Positions 22,432-34,305 of a stretch of 64,000 bases of DNA are shown here, one piece after another (position 1 is the first letter of the stretch; each line of letters begins with the position of its first letter). Origin of the DNA: Mobula hypostoma (taxonomy: Eukaryota). The notes under the pieces are model-generated. The model was not told where the DNA came from. It ran no database searches and was given only the letters and a program-made list of their open reading frames with translations. The stretch lies in NCBI RefSeq assembly GCF_963921235.1, contig NC_086108.1:37450001-37514000 (forward strand), written 5' to 3'. Position numbers and translations under genes: made by a program.

Positions 22432-23256
22432 GGACTTGGACAGATTAGGAGAATGGACAAAGAAGTAGCAGATGGGATACAGTATAAGGAATTGTATGGT
22501 CATGCACATTGACAGAAAAAATAAAAGGATGAAGTATTTTCTCAATGGAGAGAAAATTAAAAAATCTGAGGTGCAAAGGGACTTGGAAGTCCTTGTGCAG
22601 GATTACCAAAAGGTTAATTTGCAGAGTGAGCTGGTGGTGAGGAAGACAAATACAATGTTAGTATTAATTTCGAGAGGACAAGAATATAAAAGCATTGTGA
22701 GCAGTTTTGGGCCCCTTATCTAATAAAAGATGTGGTGATTTTGGAGAGGGTTCAAAGGATGCTTAGGAAATTTATTCTAGGATTGACCTGTTTGTCATAT
22801 GAAGAATATTTGATAGCTCTGGGTCTGGATTCACTGGAATTCAGAAGAATGAGGGTTGACCTAACTGAAACCTATTGAATGTTGAAAGGCCTCAATACAG
22901 TGGTTGTGGAAAGGATGTTTCCTATGGTGGAAAGGTCTAGGACCAGATGACACGGCATCAGATTAGACGGGCGTCATTTTTGAATGGAGATGAGAAGGAA
23001 TTTCTTTAGCCAGAGAGCAGTGAATCTGTGGAATTCGTTGCCATGGACGGCTGTGGAGGCCAACTCTTTATGGATATTTAAGGTAGAGGTTGATAGATTC
23101 TTGATTGGTCAGGGCATGAAGGGATATGTGGAGAAGGTAGGAGATTTGGGCTGAGAGAGAAAAAGGATCAGCCATGATGAAATGGTGGAGGAGACTCTGG
23201 TCAAAATGGCATAATTGTTCCTATATCTAATGGTCTTATAGTCTTAGTTATGTGCC

Positions 23257-23279
23257 TGTGTGTGTGTGTGTGTGTGTGT
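23257..23279 (+). repeat. (TG)n microsatellite
   Basis: (TG)11T read directly. Confidence 0.95.
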
Positions 23280-24959
23280 ACTGGAATAGCTTGGTGAGAG
23301 GCATTGCTTCACCTGGGGCACGTCTTCATTGTGACAGAATGGGGTCTGCTTCCCATTATTCCATTTCTCAGCTATTATATATATTTTAAATATCCTTTTA
23401 AGTTATTTGGCTCATTTAGGGTATTAAATATTGTATCGTGTTCTGGTAATTAAGATTAATTTTAAGCTAGGGGTAACTCAGACCAATACCTCTGCATACA
23501 GAATAGTATAATGATTGAAAATGTAAACCTTTCAATACATTGCTTTGAAAGTCTTCAATAAAATAGATATTTACCTACAGAAATATTACATCACAAAACA
23601 TGGTCATTTGGAAAGCAGAGAAATGATGGGCAAACAGTTCATCTTTGCTTTTAGTACAGACAAATAATGTTTTAGACTTTGAAGCCATTAACAAGACCAG
23701 AGATCTTTAGAAAGAGACCTTAGTGTGAGAGAGGTTATTAACAAGATCAAAGGTTCCTTCACCTGGCAAAAAGTAATTGAAATGCATAAGGAAAGTATAA
23801 CTAATTTAAGAGAAATGAAATCTAAGAGGAATTAATAAGGTACAAGAAATGAAGTCAAATACAGAAAATGCTACCTAGATACAACAATTAACCAACTACT
23901 AATGGTAAGAGAGATGAGATAAATTTGTTTAGTCAGTCTCAATAAAATTCTAATTAAAAGATAAAAAGAATGGGGAAGGAGTTTCACAACAGTTGACATG
24001 TGGCTCACAATACAGCTCCTTTCTGAGCTAGGTTTCTATTACTGATCCTCTTCAAATTCCTACCTGTCTCTCTGTACCTGTAGTTCACCAAATTTGCTCA
24101 CATTGACATATGTGCATAGTAAAACAAATTTAGTTATTTTGCTTCCATTTTTTACTGACCTCCAATAAAATCCTTATAGTGACCTATTCTGGTGTAAAAA
24201 TTCTCTTCCCTATCTCCTTTTGCATTTATGTCTTTAACTTTATACATATATAGGTTCACAATTATGCTTTGTATGTTCTGTCTCTGGTTATTAGTGCATC
24301 CTGTCACTGCCCTACGCTCTTGACTCCTTATTATCTTTTCTCCCTGCAGAATCTTCCTTCAAGCTCTTACTGCCTCTACCAGTCAAGCAGACTGCTTTTT
24401 ACATTTGCCATGAGAGCACCAGCAAATTGGACCACTACCTCTCTTCTGACATAATGATATTGATTCTTGTTCACGTTGAGTTGCAACCCGTCTTTGCAGG
24501 GCCTAAACGATCTCTCCAAGAAATGGTCTGAAGCCTTAGGAATTCAAAGCATTCCCTCCTTCAGCCACACACATTACCACTTCACTTCTGTACCAACAGC
24601 AGATGACACTGTAAGTATTAGGGCTGCCCTCTCCTGAGGAGCCATCACCCTCACCAGTATCAAAAATGGAAGATTATGATATTCTGCTGATGAGTCAGAT
24701 AAACCCAAGAAGTGTTTATGGGAGAGAATGGAACAAGGAGTGAAATTAATTATTCAGTGAATTTGAATACATTAGGTTCTTTAAGAAAGAGATATCTCAT
24801 AGGATCACGAGGAGGACTTTTCCAAGGCTGTAAATGTCTTTGTGATGCGTGAATCTTGTGTTTGGAATCTTGTATTTTATTCTTATTATGATTAGATGCA
24901 GCAGATTGGTATAACTGACTGGATTGCAAGAATTTTTCAGTAGGCAATTATAGAAAATA

Positions 24960-25190
24960 GAACAGTATTGGTTTATTATTGTCACATGTACCAAGATACA
25001 GTGAAAAGCTTTTCTTGCATACTGTTCGTACAGATCAAATCATTACATTGTACATTGAGACAGAAAAAGATAAAACCATTAACAGTATAGAATAAGTGTA
25101 AAAACTACCAAAAAAAAGTGCAGAGCAGGTGCAAGAAAAAGTGCAAGATCACAATGAGGGAGACTGTGAGCCCAGGAGTCCATATAATTC
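24960..25190 (-). mobile_element. LINE 3' tail fragment (Rex/L2-like)
   Basis: Minus-strand ...tgtgacaataataaacc terminus resembles Rex-type tails elsewhere in the window. Confidence 0.5.
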
Positions 25191-25199
25191 AGGGGTTCC

Positions 25200-26683
25200 C
25201 ATTGTTTCTGCCTGCTCCTGTCCCACTGAACTCGTGTCTGTATTAATCAACTGTTTTATTCCCCTTGGTTCAGTCCCTTCCTATCTGCACCTGTAACACT
25301 TCACATAACTTCTTTAGGTTCCATGACCCTGATTGTCTCCTTTTCACTATAGTTGCCCAATCCCTATACACTTCCATCACCCATCTGGAGGGTCTTAAAG
25401 CTCTGCTTCTTTCTGGACAACAGACCCAACCAGTTCCCCTCCACCACCATTCTCCTCCAACTTACAGAACTGGTCTTCACCCTAAACAATTTATCCTTCA
25501 GCTCCTTCCACTTCTTTCAAACCCAAGGTGTAGTCATGGGCACTTGCATGGGTCCCCGCTCTGTCAAACAGCCTACACCAACATTGCTCCCCAACTCTCT
25601 CTATGCTATATTGACAACTGTATTGGTGCTGCTTCCTGCACCCAGGCTGATCTTGCCAATTTCACCAACTGCTGATGTGTGAATGAAGCCAATAGAGAAA
25701 AGTACGGGTAGAGACAAAACAGCTTCTTTATTCAACAAAGCAAGGTACAGCAGGCATCATACAGAGATGCTTTTGGCCACAAGGTCTCACTGGGGCAAAG
25801 TGGGGCTCGGTATTTTATGCTAAAAATCAAAGGGGAATTGCAAATTTACAAAGTATGGTCAATGCTTTCTTTGAAACTACACACAAATTTTACACACCCA
25901 TATTTGCACGCACACCAGACATCCAAATGAATTTTAATCAGCGTTGTCTGGTCTGATTCAGAACTCATTGTTCAGAGCTGCACTCCAAATTTATTGCATA
26001 ATACATATCCAGACGTTAAGACTGGTAGCCAGAGCCATTTGCTAAATGTAAATGTACTAAACCCAAAAATTGTTCTAACACAACTTTGCCTCCAACTTCC
26101 ACCCTGACCTCAAATTTACTTGGTCCATTTCTGATATCTCTTTCCCCTATCTTAACCTTTCCGTCTCCATTTCTGGAGACAACCTATCTACTGATACCTT
26201 TTATAAACTCATTGACTCTCCTCGCTATCTGGACTAACTATACCTCTTCCCACACTGTCAATTGTAAAAATAAGAAAATCCCTTTTCTCAGTTCCTCCAT
26301 CTCTGACACATCTGCTCTCAGGATGAGGCTTTCCATTCCAGAACAACAGAGATGTTCTTCAAAGAAAGGGACTACCCTTCCTCTACCATCAATCCTGTCC
26401 TCACCCACATCCCTTCCATTTTACACATGCTTGCCCACACCCCATCGTCCCGCTGCCACACCAAGGATACGGTTCCTCTTTCCCTTGCATATCACCATGC
26501 AAGCGTCTGCATCCAGCACATAATTCTCAATAACATCAACCATCAGCGATGGGATCCCATCTCCAAGCACATCTTTCCCTGCTTCCCTCCACTTTCCACA
26601 GTAATCGCTCCCTACACGACTCCCTTGTCCACTGATCTCCCTCCTGGCACTTACCCCTGCAAGCGGAACAAGTGCCACACATG
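25200..26683 (+). mobile_element. Penelope-like element RT region, decayed, split by a solo LTR
   Basis: QSLYTSITH, LVFTLNN, FQTQGVVMGTCMGP, YIDNCIG, FTN|FASNFHP and TYPCKRNKCHTC (linker zinc finger). Confidence 0.88.
25670..26080 (-). mobile_element. Solo LTR (411 bp)
   Basis: TG...CA termini, 4-bp TSD CAAC (25666-25669, 26081-26084), minus-strand AATAAA near 25727. The host reading frame rejoins across it. Confidence 0.85.
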
Positions 26684-27272
26684 CTTAGGGAGCTTAAGGT
26701 AAGAGAACTCTTAGGAACCAGTAATCACAATATGATTGAGTTCAACTTGGAATTTGATAGGGAGAAAGTAAAGTCTGATGTAGCAGTATTTCAGTGGAGT
26801 ATAGGAAATTACAGTGGTATGAGAGAGGAGTTGGCCAAAGTAAATTGGAAGGAGCTGCTGGCAGGGATGTCAGCAGAGCAGCAACGGTGTGTGTTTCTGG
26901 GGAAAATGAGGAACATGCAGGACATGCGTATTCCAAAAATGAAGAAATACTCAAATGGCAAATTAGTACAAAAAATGGCTGACAAGTTAAGACAAAGCTA
27001 AGGTAAAAACAAAAGAGATGGCATACAACAAAGCAAAAATTAGTGAGGAGATAGAGGATTGGGAAGTTTTTAAAAACCTACAGAGAGCAACTAAAAGAAT
27101 CATTAGAAGGGAAAAGATTAAATATGAAAGCAACCTGGCAAATAATATCAAAGTGGATAGTAAAAGCTTTTTCAAGTATGTAAAAAATAAATGAGAGCTG
27201 AGAGTGGATATAGGACAGCTAGAAAATGAGGCCGGAGAAATAACAACCGGGGACAAGGAGATAGAAGATGCA
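26684..27272 (+). mobile_element. CR1 ORF2 internal fragment (APE end/linker)
   Basis: RELKVRELLGTSNHNMIEF..GNYSGMREELAKVNW..KSFFKYVK. Confidence 0.85.
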
Positions 27273-27273
27273 T

Positions 27274-28078
27274 TAAGACCATAAGACAAAGGAGCAGAAG
27301 CCTACCATTCGGCCCATCGAGTCTGCTCTGCCATTTTATCATGAGCTGATCCATTCTCCCATTTAATCCTACTCCCCCGCCTTCTCACCATAACCTTTGA
27401 TGCCCTGGCAACTCAGATACCTATCAATCCCTGCCTTAAATACACCAAATGACTTGGCCTCCACTGCTGCCCGTGGCAACAACTTCCATAGATTCATCAC
27501 CCTCTGGTTAAAAAAATTTATTCGCATTTCTGTTCTGTATGGGCGCCCTTCAATCCTTAAGTCATGCCCTCTCGTACTAGACTCTCCCATCATGGGAAAC
27601 AACTTTGCCACATCCATGCTGTCCTTGCCTTTCAACATTCAAAATGTTTCTATGAGGTCTCTCCTCATTCTTCTAAACTCCAAGGAATACAGTCCAAGAG
27701 CGGACAAACATTCCTCATATGTTAACCCTCTCATTTCCGGAATCATTCTAGTGAATCTTCTCTGTACCCTCTCCAACGTCAGCACATCCTTTCTTAAATA
27801 AGGAGACCAAAACTGCCCACAGTACTCCAAGTGAGGTATCACCAGCGTCTTATAGAGCCTCAACATCACATCCCTGCTCCTGTACTCTATTCCTCTAGAA
27901 ATGAATGCCAACATTGCATTCGCCTTCTTCACGACCAACTCAACCTGGAGGTTAACCTTAAGGGTATCCTGCACGAGGACTCCCAAGTCCCGTTGCATTT
28001 CAGAACTTTGAATTCTTTCCCCTTTTGAATAATAGTTTGCCCGTTTATTTCTTCTGCCAAAGTGCATAACCATACACT
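27274..28078 (-). mobile_element. CR1 3' end, antisense to the adjacent CR1
   Basis: ORFs 27639..28073 (QRDLGV..PHLEYC..ERVQRRFTRMI) and 27369..27638, with a tatggtct tail at about 27274-27287. Confidence 0.92.
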
Positions 28079-28433
28079 TCTATTCTTACCTGCCCATCAA
28101 CTCCCTCTGGTGCTCTTCCCCCTTCTCTTTTTGCCATGGCCTTCTGTCTTCTACTATTGGATCCCTCCTTATCCAGTCCTTTATCTATTTCACCAATCAA
28201 CTTCCCAGCTCCTTACTTCACTCCTTCCCCCTCTCCCCGTTTCACCTATCACCTTGCACTTCTTCCTTCGTGCCACCCACTTCTTATTCTGACTTTTCAG
28301 TCCTCCTTCCTTTTCAGTCCGATAAAGGGTCTCAGCTGAAATGTCGACTGTTTACTCTTTTCCATTGATGCTGCCTGGCCAGCATTTTGTGTGTATTGCT
28401 TTGGATTTCCAGCATCTACAGATTTTCCTGGTT
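28079..28433 (+). mobile_element. Penelope pLTR (probably the 3' end of the element at 25200)
   Basis: Pyrimidine tract, degenerate hammerhead 28315-28350 and gatttccagcatctacagatttt terminus. Confidence 0.85.
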
Positions 28434-28434
28434 T

Positions 28435-28690
28435 GTGCCATACCAAGCAGTTAGGAATCCAGACAGAATGCTTTCTGTGGTGCATTGATGAAAATTCTTA
28501 AGGGTTGATGGCAACATGCTGAATTTCTTTAGCTTCCTGAGGAAGTAGAGGTATTGGTGAGTTTCCTTGGCTGTGACATCAATGTGTTTGGAACAGAACA
28601 TGCTATTAGTGATGTTCACATCTAGAAGCTTGAAGTTCTCAGGCCTCTTAACCCCAAAGCTGATCACATAGACAGGAGCATCTGCACCTC
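28435..28690 (-). mobile_element. Rex1/Babar-type fragment
   Basis: NFKLLDVNI..YLYFLRKLKKF..TESILSG.LTAWYG. Confidence 0.8.
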
Positions 28691-28694
28691 CCTC

Positions 28695-28950
28695 ATGGTG
28701 TAGTGGTTACAGTGCCATTGATCACCATTTGAGGTTCAATTCCCATAGCCATCTGCAAGTACATTTATACATTCTCACCATGACAATGTGGGTTTTCTCA
28801 GTGTGCTCTACTTTCCTCCCACATTCCAAAGATGTATGAGTCAGTGTTGGAGTTAGAAAGTTATGATGGAACTGGAAGTAGGGCAGCACCTAGCACATCC
28901 TAGAACTGTGTCAGCTGTTGACCCAAAAGACACATATCACTGTATTTTTT
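28695..28950 (+). mobile_element. V-type SINE
   Basis: A box TGGTGTAGTGG, B box GTTCAATTCCC and V-domain gtgggttttctcagtgtgctctactttcctcccacattccaaag. Confidence 0.75.
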
Positions 28951-28954
28951 GATC

Positions 28955-30668
28955 TTGGACAACCTGGACAATAGCAATACCTATGTCAGACTATGGTTTA
29001 TTGATTACAGCTCAGCATTCAACACAAATGTAACTTGCCTTTCTAATCAATAAGTCCAAAACCTGGGCCTCCTTACCTCCCTCCGCAACTGGATCCTAGA
29101 CTTCCTCACCAGGAGACCACAGTCATTTCAGATTGGAAATAACATCTCCTCCTCGCTGATAATCAACACTGGTGCACCTCAAGAATGTGTGCTTAATCCA
29201 CTGCTCTACTCTCTCCACACCTCTGAATGTGTGGCTAGGCACAGCTCAAACACCATCTATAAATTTGCTGAATACACCCCGGTCTTCAAAGAGGAATCAG
29301 CAGTGAAAAGGCTGAGAAGTTCCAAGTTCCTGGGTGTCAACAACTCTAAGAACTATATGGGGTCCAACATATAGAATGTAGGGGGTTAAGTCTGTGTGCT
29401 TACCCCTCTTGCCCTACTTGCTTCACACTTATGACCATGTGGCTAAGCACAACTCCAATGTGATATTTAAATTTGCTGACGACAAATCTTTCATTGTCTG
29501 AATCAAAGGTGGTGACAAATCAGCATATAGGAGTGAGGTTGAAAATCTGGCTGAGTTTTGCATCAACAGCAACCTCTTACTCAATATCAGCAAGACCAAG
29601 GAGCTGGTTAGTGACTTCAGGAAGAGGAAACCATAGGTCCACGAGCCAGTCCTCATTGGAGGATCAGAGGGGGAGAGGGGTCAGCAACTTTGCGTCAGTA
29701 GCGTAGGGGTTATGGCAGTGCTATTACAGCCTGAGCCGTTCCAGAGTTCACAGCTCAGTGCTGCTGCCGGTCTGTAAGGAGTCTATAGACGTCCATCCCG
29801 TAGAATGTGCGGGTTTTCTCTAAGTCCTCCCGTTTCCTCCCACAGTTTGAAATCACACTGGGTAGGTTAATTTGTCTTTGTAAAATTGTCCTGTGATTAG
29901 GCTAGGGTTAATCAGGTTTGCTGCCTATGTGTGGATTACTAAATAAATATATAAATAAACAAATTCCTTGGTGTTATCATTTCAAAGGGCCTGTCCTGGG
30001 CCCAGCATGTGTGCAACTACGAAGAAAGTACAGCAGCACTTCTACTTACTTAGTAGTTTGCAAAGATTTGGCATGGCAATCAAAATTTTAACAAAATTCT
30101 ATAGTTGTGTGGTGGACAGTATACTGACTGGCTGCATCACAGCCTGGTATGGAAACACCAATGCCCTTGAATGGAAAATCCTGCAAAGAGTGGTGGATAC
30201 GGCCCAGTCCATCACAGGTAGGGCCCTCCCCACTACTGAGTAAATTTACACAGAACATTGTCATAGGAAAGCAACATCCATCATCAGATCATGCTCTCTT
30301 CTCACTACTGCCATCAGGAAGAAGGTATGGAACTCTTAGGATTCACACCACCAGGTTCAGGAACAATTGTTACCCCTCAACCAACTGGCGCTTGAAGCAG
30401 AGTAGATAATTTCACTCAATTTCACTTGCCCATCACTGAACGGTTCCATCAACCTCTTCATCTCATGTTCTCAATAGTTATTGCTTTTGTATTTGCAGCT
30501 TGTTATCTGTTCCACTTTGGTTGTCCGCACTGTTGTGTGTGATCTTTCATTGATTCTACTATCGTTATTGGATTTACGGTGTTTGTCCACAAGAAAATAA
30601 ATCTCAGGGTTATACACGGTGACATATATGCACTTTGATAATAAATTTACTTGAACTTTGAACTCTGA
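28955..30668 (+). mobile_element. Two abutting Rex1/Babar-type RT/3' fragments (28955-29375 and 29385-30668)
   Basis: [24 protein letters not shown] and KFA(D)D occur twice; then ORFs 29968..30243 and 30149..30409 and a (gaacttt) tail. Confidence 0.85.
29692..29960 (+). mobile_element. V-type SINE inserted in a Rex element
   Basis: tagcgtaggggtt head, V-domain and (taaa) tail. Host rejoins as VSNF|KFLGV. Confidence 0.8.
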
Positions 30669-30809
30669 ATTACAATGAAGGCACGATAGCAGTTACATTT
30701 CATTAGGATTTCATTAGGACTTAGTACATCACCAAATATTCCAGCGAAGTTTTATCTGCTGGACCATGGAGTACATTCTAACTGGTTACAAAGCTGTCTG
30801 GTATGGAGC

Positions 30810-31105
30810 AAATTTATAGATGGTATTTGAGCTATGCCTAGCCACACAGTCATGTATAGAGAATAGAGCAGTGGGCTAAGCATACACGCCTGAGGTGCGC
30901 CAGTGCTGATCGTCAGCGAGGAGGATATATTATCACCAATCAGCACAGATTGTGGTCTTCTATTTAGGGAGGATCCAATTGCAGAGGGAGGTGCAGAGGC
31001 CCAGGTTCTGCAACTTCTCAATCAAGATTGTGGGAATGATGGTATTAAATGCTGAGCTGTAGTCAATGTACAGTATCCTGGCATAGGTGTTTGTGTTGTC
31101 CAGGT
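30810..31105 (-). mobile_element. Rex1/Babar RT fragment, inverted relative to 28955-29270
   Basis: [27 protein letters not shown] and STGAPQACMLSPLLYSL. Confidence 0.85.
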
Positions 31106-31181
31106 GAACTGAAAAGGAAACTGGATAGGTATAGAGAACTGAAAAGGGGACTGGATAGGTATAGAGAACTGAAAAGAGAAC
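31106..31181 (+). repeat. 30-bp tandem repeat, about 2.5 units
   Basis: gaactgaaaaggaaactggataggtataga / gaactgaaaaggggactggataggtataga / gaactgaaaagagaac. Confidence 0.9.
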
Positions 31182-31184
31182 TAG

Positions 31185-32300
31185 GTGGGAGAGGAATAAG
31201 TGACCACTTAAAAAAGGCAACTAAAAGGGGAAAGTGCAGACACTGGCAGACAAAACTTGAGAAGTTCCTAGAGCATTTTATAAATATATCAAGAGAGCAA
31301 TCAGGTAAAGAATAGGGTCCATTAAGGACCAATTCTTCTCATCTTTATTCACTTAGAAGAAAGACACTGTTGTAAGAAAGCTCATAATGAGGGATGGTGA
31401 AGTACTAGGACATATCATTAATGAGGAGGAGGTATCAAATATCTTGGAAAGCATAAAGATGGGTAAATCTCCAGTGCCTGACGAAATGTGGCCCATGCTG
31501 CTAAAATAGACAAGCAAGATTACAGGAGTCCCAAATGAGAATTTAACAATCTTTGATGATCACAGGTGAACTGCCAGGTAACTAAAAGGACTGCATAATT
31601 ATAGTAATGCTTTGGATATGAATGCAGATGATTAGTAAGTTTTCAGATAAGTACTAAGAAAAATTGGCCATGATGTTGATGGTGAGGACCAAGGTTTCAT
31701 CAAATTGAACCATAATCTTCCTCCTCTTGTATTCAGATACCCTGGCAAACGATGGTCAGCATCTCAAATGCTTCTTAACAATGTTATCTACCTACAATGG
31801 CACCTTCAAGGATCTTCAAATTTATACATCAAAGTCCCTTTGTTCCTCATTATGCCCAGGCCCCTATCATCATGGTGTATGTTCTAACCTGACTTGTACT
31901 CCCAAAACACATCTTGTCATATTAGTTCTCCATCAGCCATTTCTCAGCCCATTTCACCAATGTGTCAGTATAACCTTGTGGCCTAAGTCTACTGTCCATA
32001 ATATCTAGAACTTCACTAACCTTCAGTGAACCTACAAGCTTACTGTGCATGCCTCCTACATCTACATCTTAATTCATTCATGTATACTGTAACAGCAAGG
32101 GTCAAAGCATTGATCTTTGTAAAACACCACTAATCAGACATTCAATGATAAAAATAACTCTCTCCCATCACTCCTACTGCTGATCCAGTTTACCAATTTG
32201 TCTCAGATTCCAGGACCATAGCTGCTTGGACCAGTCTCCCACAAGTCCCATTGTCAAAAGTCCATGTGAACTAAATTTACTACTCTGCCCCCATCAAAAC
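31185..32300. mobile_element. Two heavily decayed CR1 ORF2 fragments (plus 31185-31700, minus 31740-32300)
   Basis: KSPVPDEMWPMLL remnant near 31465 on plus; reverse-strand DF.N..CGRLVQ.. and GVLQ.S.L.P remnants. Confidence 0.55.
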
Positions 32301-32740
32301 AATGCTGCCTAAGGGGAAAAATATCTTCAAGATATTTCAGGAGTAGAGAATGTCAATGACAGATTTATTAGGGGTGTTCAAAATTGTTTGAAATGTGGTT
32401 AAAAGTGGGGGGAGGAGGAGGATGGGGGGGGGGAAACAGGGATGTAAGCCAAACTAGAGAATTCTCCCATGCAGATAAAGTAAACTAACCAAAATAGAAC
32501 TACGAATTCTCAAGAACAGAGGAAAACAAATCAATGCCGCTTGTCTTTATCCCCAAAATCTGTCTGACTTCCAGGTACAATCCACCAGCACCAAACCCCT
32601 CCAAGATATCAGCTCAGAACATATTTGACAGAGAACATACAAATCTAATATTGCAAAGGAACTGAAGGTTGCCATTAAGAGTATAGGCATTCCCCATAAA
32701 AAAGCAAATTAAGAAAAATCACAAACAAGAGGAAATGTTG

Positions 32741-33107
32741 CTGTGAAAATGGGGGACACCTCCCTCTCCCTTATTAGTGGGAGAGAGAACCTGTGGTTTG
32801 TCAAATGCCGGATGAAATGCGATAGTCTTTGGGGTAACTGCAAGGTCTGTGTCTTTGCTATCGCCTTGCTCACGCTTCTGCTTGGTAACGGGTGTGCTTT
32901 TTTGCCGGGGGGAAGGGTATCGTTGCCTTGCTTCTGCTTACGTGTGGGAGGGGGGAGCTGGGCGGGGGGGACTTTGGGGTTCTTACATTTAACTGTCGTT
33001 CATTCCTTGGGGCACTTCTCTGTTTTCGTGGATGTTTTGCAAAAAAAAAAGCATTTCAGGATGTATATTGTATACATTTCTCTGACATTAAGTTGGACCT
33101 TTGAGCT
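32741..33107 (+). mobile_element. Non-autonomous retroelement with Rex-like 3' tail, inserted in a pLTR tip
   Basis: Ends ttcaggatgtatattgtatacatttctctgacattaa..cctttga (compare 30600-30660). Flanks 32722-32740 and 33110-33206 rejoin as a minus pLTR tip. Confidence 0.7.
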
Positions 33108-33109
33108 AT

Positions 33110-33206
33110 AAATGCTGGAAATCCAGCAACACATCCAAAATGCTGGAGAAATTCAGCTGGCCAGACAGCATCTGTGGAAAAGAGTACAGTCGACGTTTCA
33201 GGCTGA
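33110..33206 (-). mobile_element. Penelope pLTR tip, truncated inside the hammerhead
   Basis: atgctggaaatccagcaacac..cagcatctgtggaaaagagtacagtcgacgtttcaggctga. Confidence 0.85.
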
Positions 33207-34004
33207 ACAAATTTCTTGGCCCAAAAAGTCAATGGAGTTAAGAAAAATATTTATTTCCATCTTACCCCCCTGAATTCCACGAGTGCAAATTTTATTCTGT
33301 ATCACAGAGTTTTGGGTAGTGTATTTGTGAATTCTGTAAAGCCAAATTTCCATTTCTCAACTGGCTGTAACACACATCATATGTACATAGTTACATAATC
33401 GGTGGTCATACTACAGCGTACAATTGAAAAAAAATCTCAAATAAATTAATCATTGATGCATCTCAGTACTGATTATGGGGTCTTGGAATTAATATCTGAC
33501 ACTTTGCGTCCAATCAACAGTGACTGCACATTGAAAGCAAATTTATAAACCTCTGTAGTTTTAAGTGACCACTGTAAAATTATGAAAGCACTGTACAAAT
33601 CCAAGTCTCCCCTTCTATCTCTTAGCTTCAAAAACTTCATTTCACTTCTGAGCACTTTTACTTGGTCTAAAAAATTACTTCAGCAATTTTGATGAACATT
33701 TTATTTACTCCTTAGACATTCTAATTGAATGCTGTGTACGACCAGATTATATATTTTCACAGCAGCACTAATTCACAGATATTATCCTTGCCTGCTTGCT
33801 AATATTTCAAATTACTGCTCATCTTTTGTAACAGTGGGGAAAATAGAGCAAATGATTTTTTTCAGTAATTAGATTCAAGGCCAGAATGTGATTGTATATT
33901 TCAGAAGTCATCAACTCTGTTTGTCTTTTCATATAACTATTGGTCGCATTTCCTTACCTCTGATTTAGTAGGCTTTGGATTAATTTGCACCTCATGGAAA
34001 ATTT

Positions 34005-34305
34005 GGGCTGTGCTTACAGTAGAGCATTGAAGGAGTACTGTCTTTTGGACTAAGCATTAAGCTGATGTAGTAAATTTTCAGTCTCTGACTGACTTAATTG
34101 ATCCCACAATGCTACACAAAGAAAACAGAAGCATACTTCACAGGATCCTGGCAACTATTTCCCATCAGAGGAGCACACTAAAAATAAATAATCTGATTAT
34201 TGATACATTAGGTCATAAATTGCAAGTGACTAAGATTTTGAAATTACTTTAGTTTGGGATACATTGAGATTGAAAGATGATACACAAAGGCGTCAGTTTC
34301 TTCTA
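34005..34305 (+). mobile_element. Ancient Deu-domain SINE remnant
   Basis: gatcccacaatgcta..aagaaaacag..tcctggcaactattttcccatc..cactaaaa..taatctg resembles the DeuSINE (SacSINE1/AmnSINE1-like) central domain from memory. A similar tail lies at about 33510-33610. Confidence 0.5.

Larger units (their letters stand above)
19000..23245 (+). mobile_element. Host CR1 RT/3' fragment split by a solo LTR and an antisense CR1 (pieces 19000-19123, 20253-20354, 22432-23245)
   Basis: Pieces rejoin as YVN.L|.DG.D.FVAKF...TK and RLQKDL|DRLGEW, ending in a tatggtct-type tail. Confidence 0.88.

Noticed and set aside
24350..24610. 261-nt coding exon using the strong acceptor at 24349
   Set aside because: All three frames contain stop codons.
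26684..28078. Twin-priming 5' inversion of a single CR1
   Set aside because: The 3' tail lies at the internal junction (27274) rather than at an outer end, which fits a separate antisense insertion.
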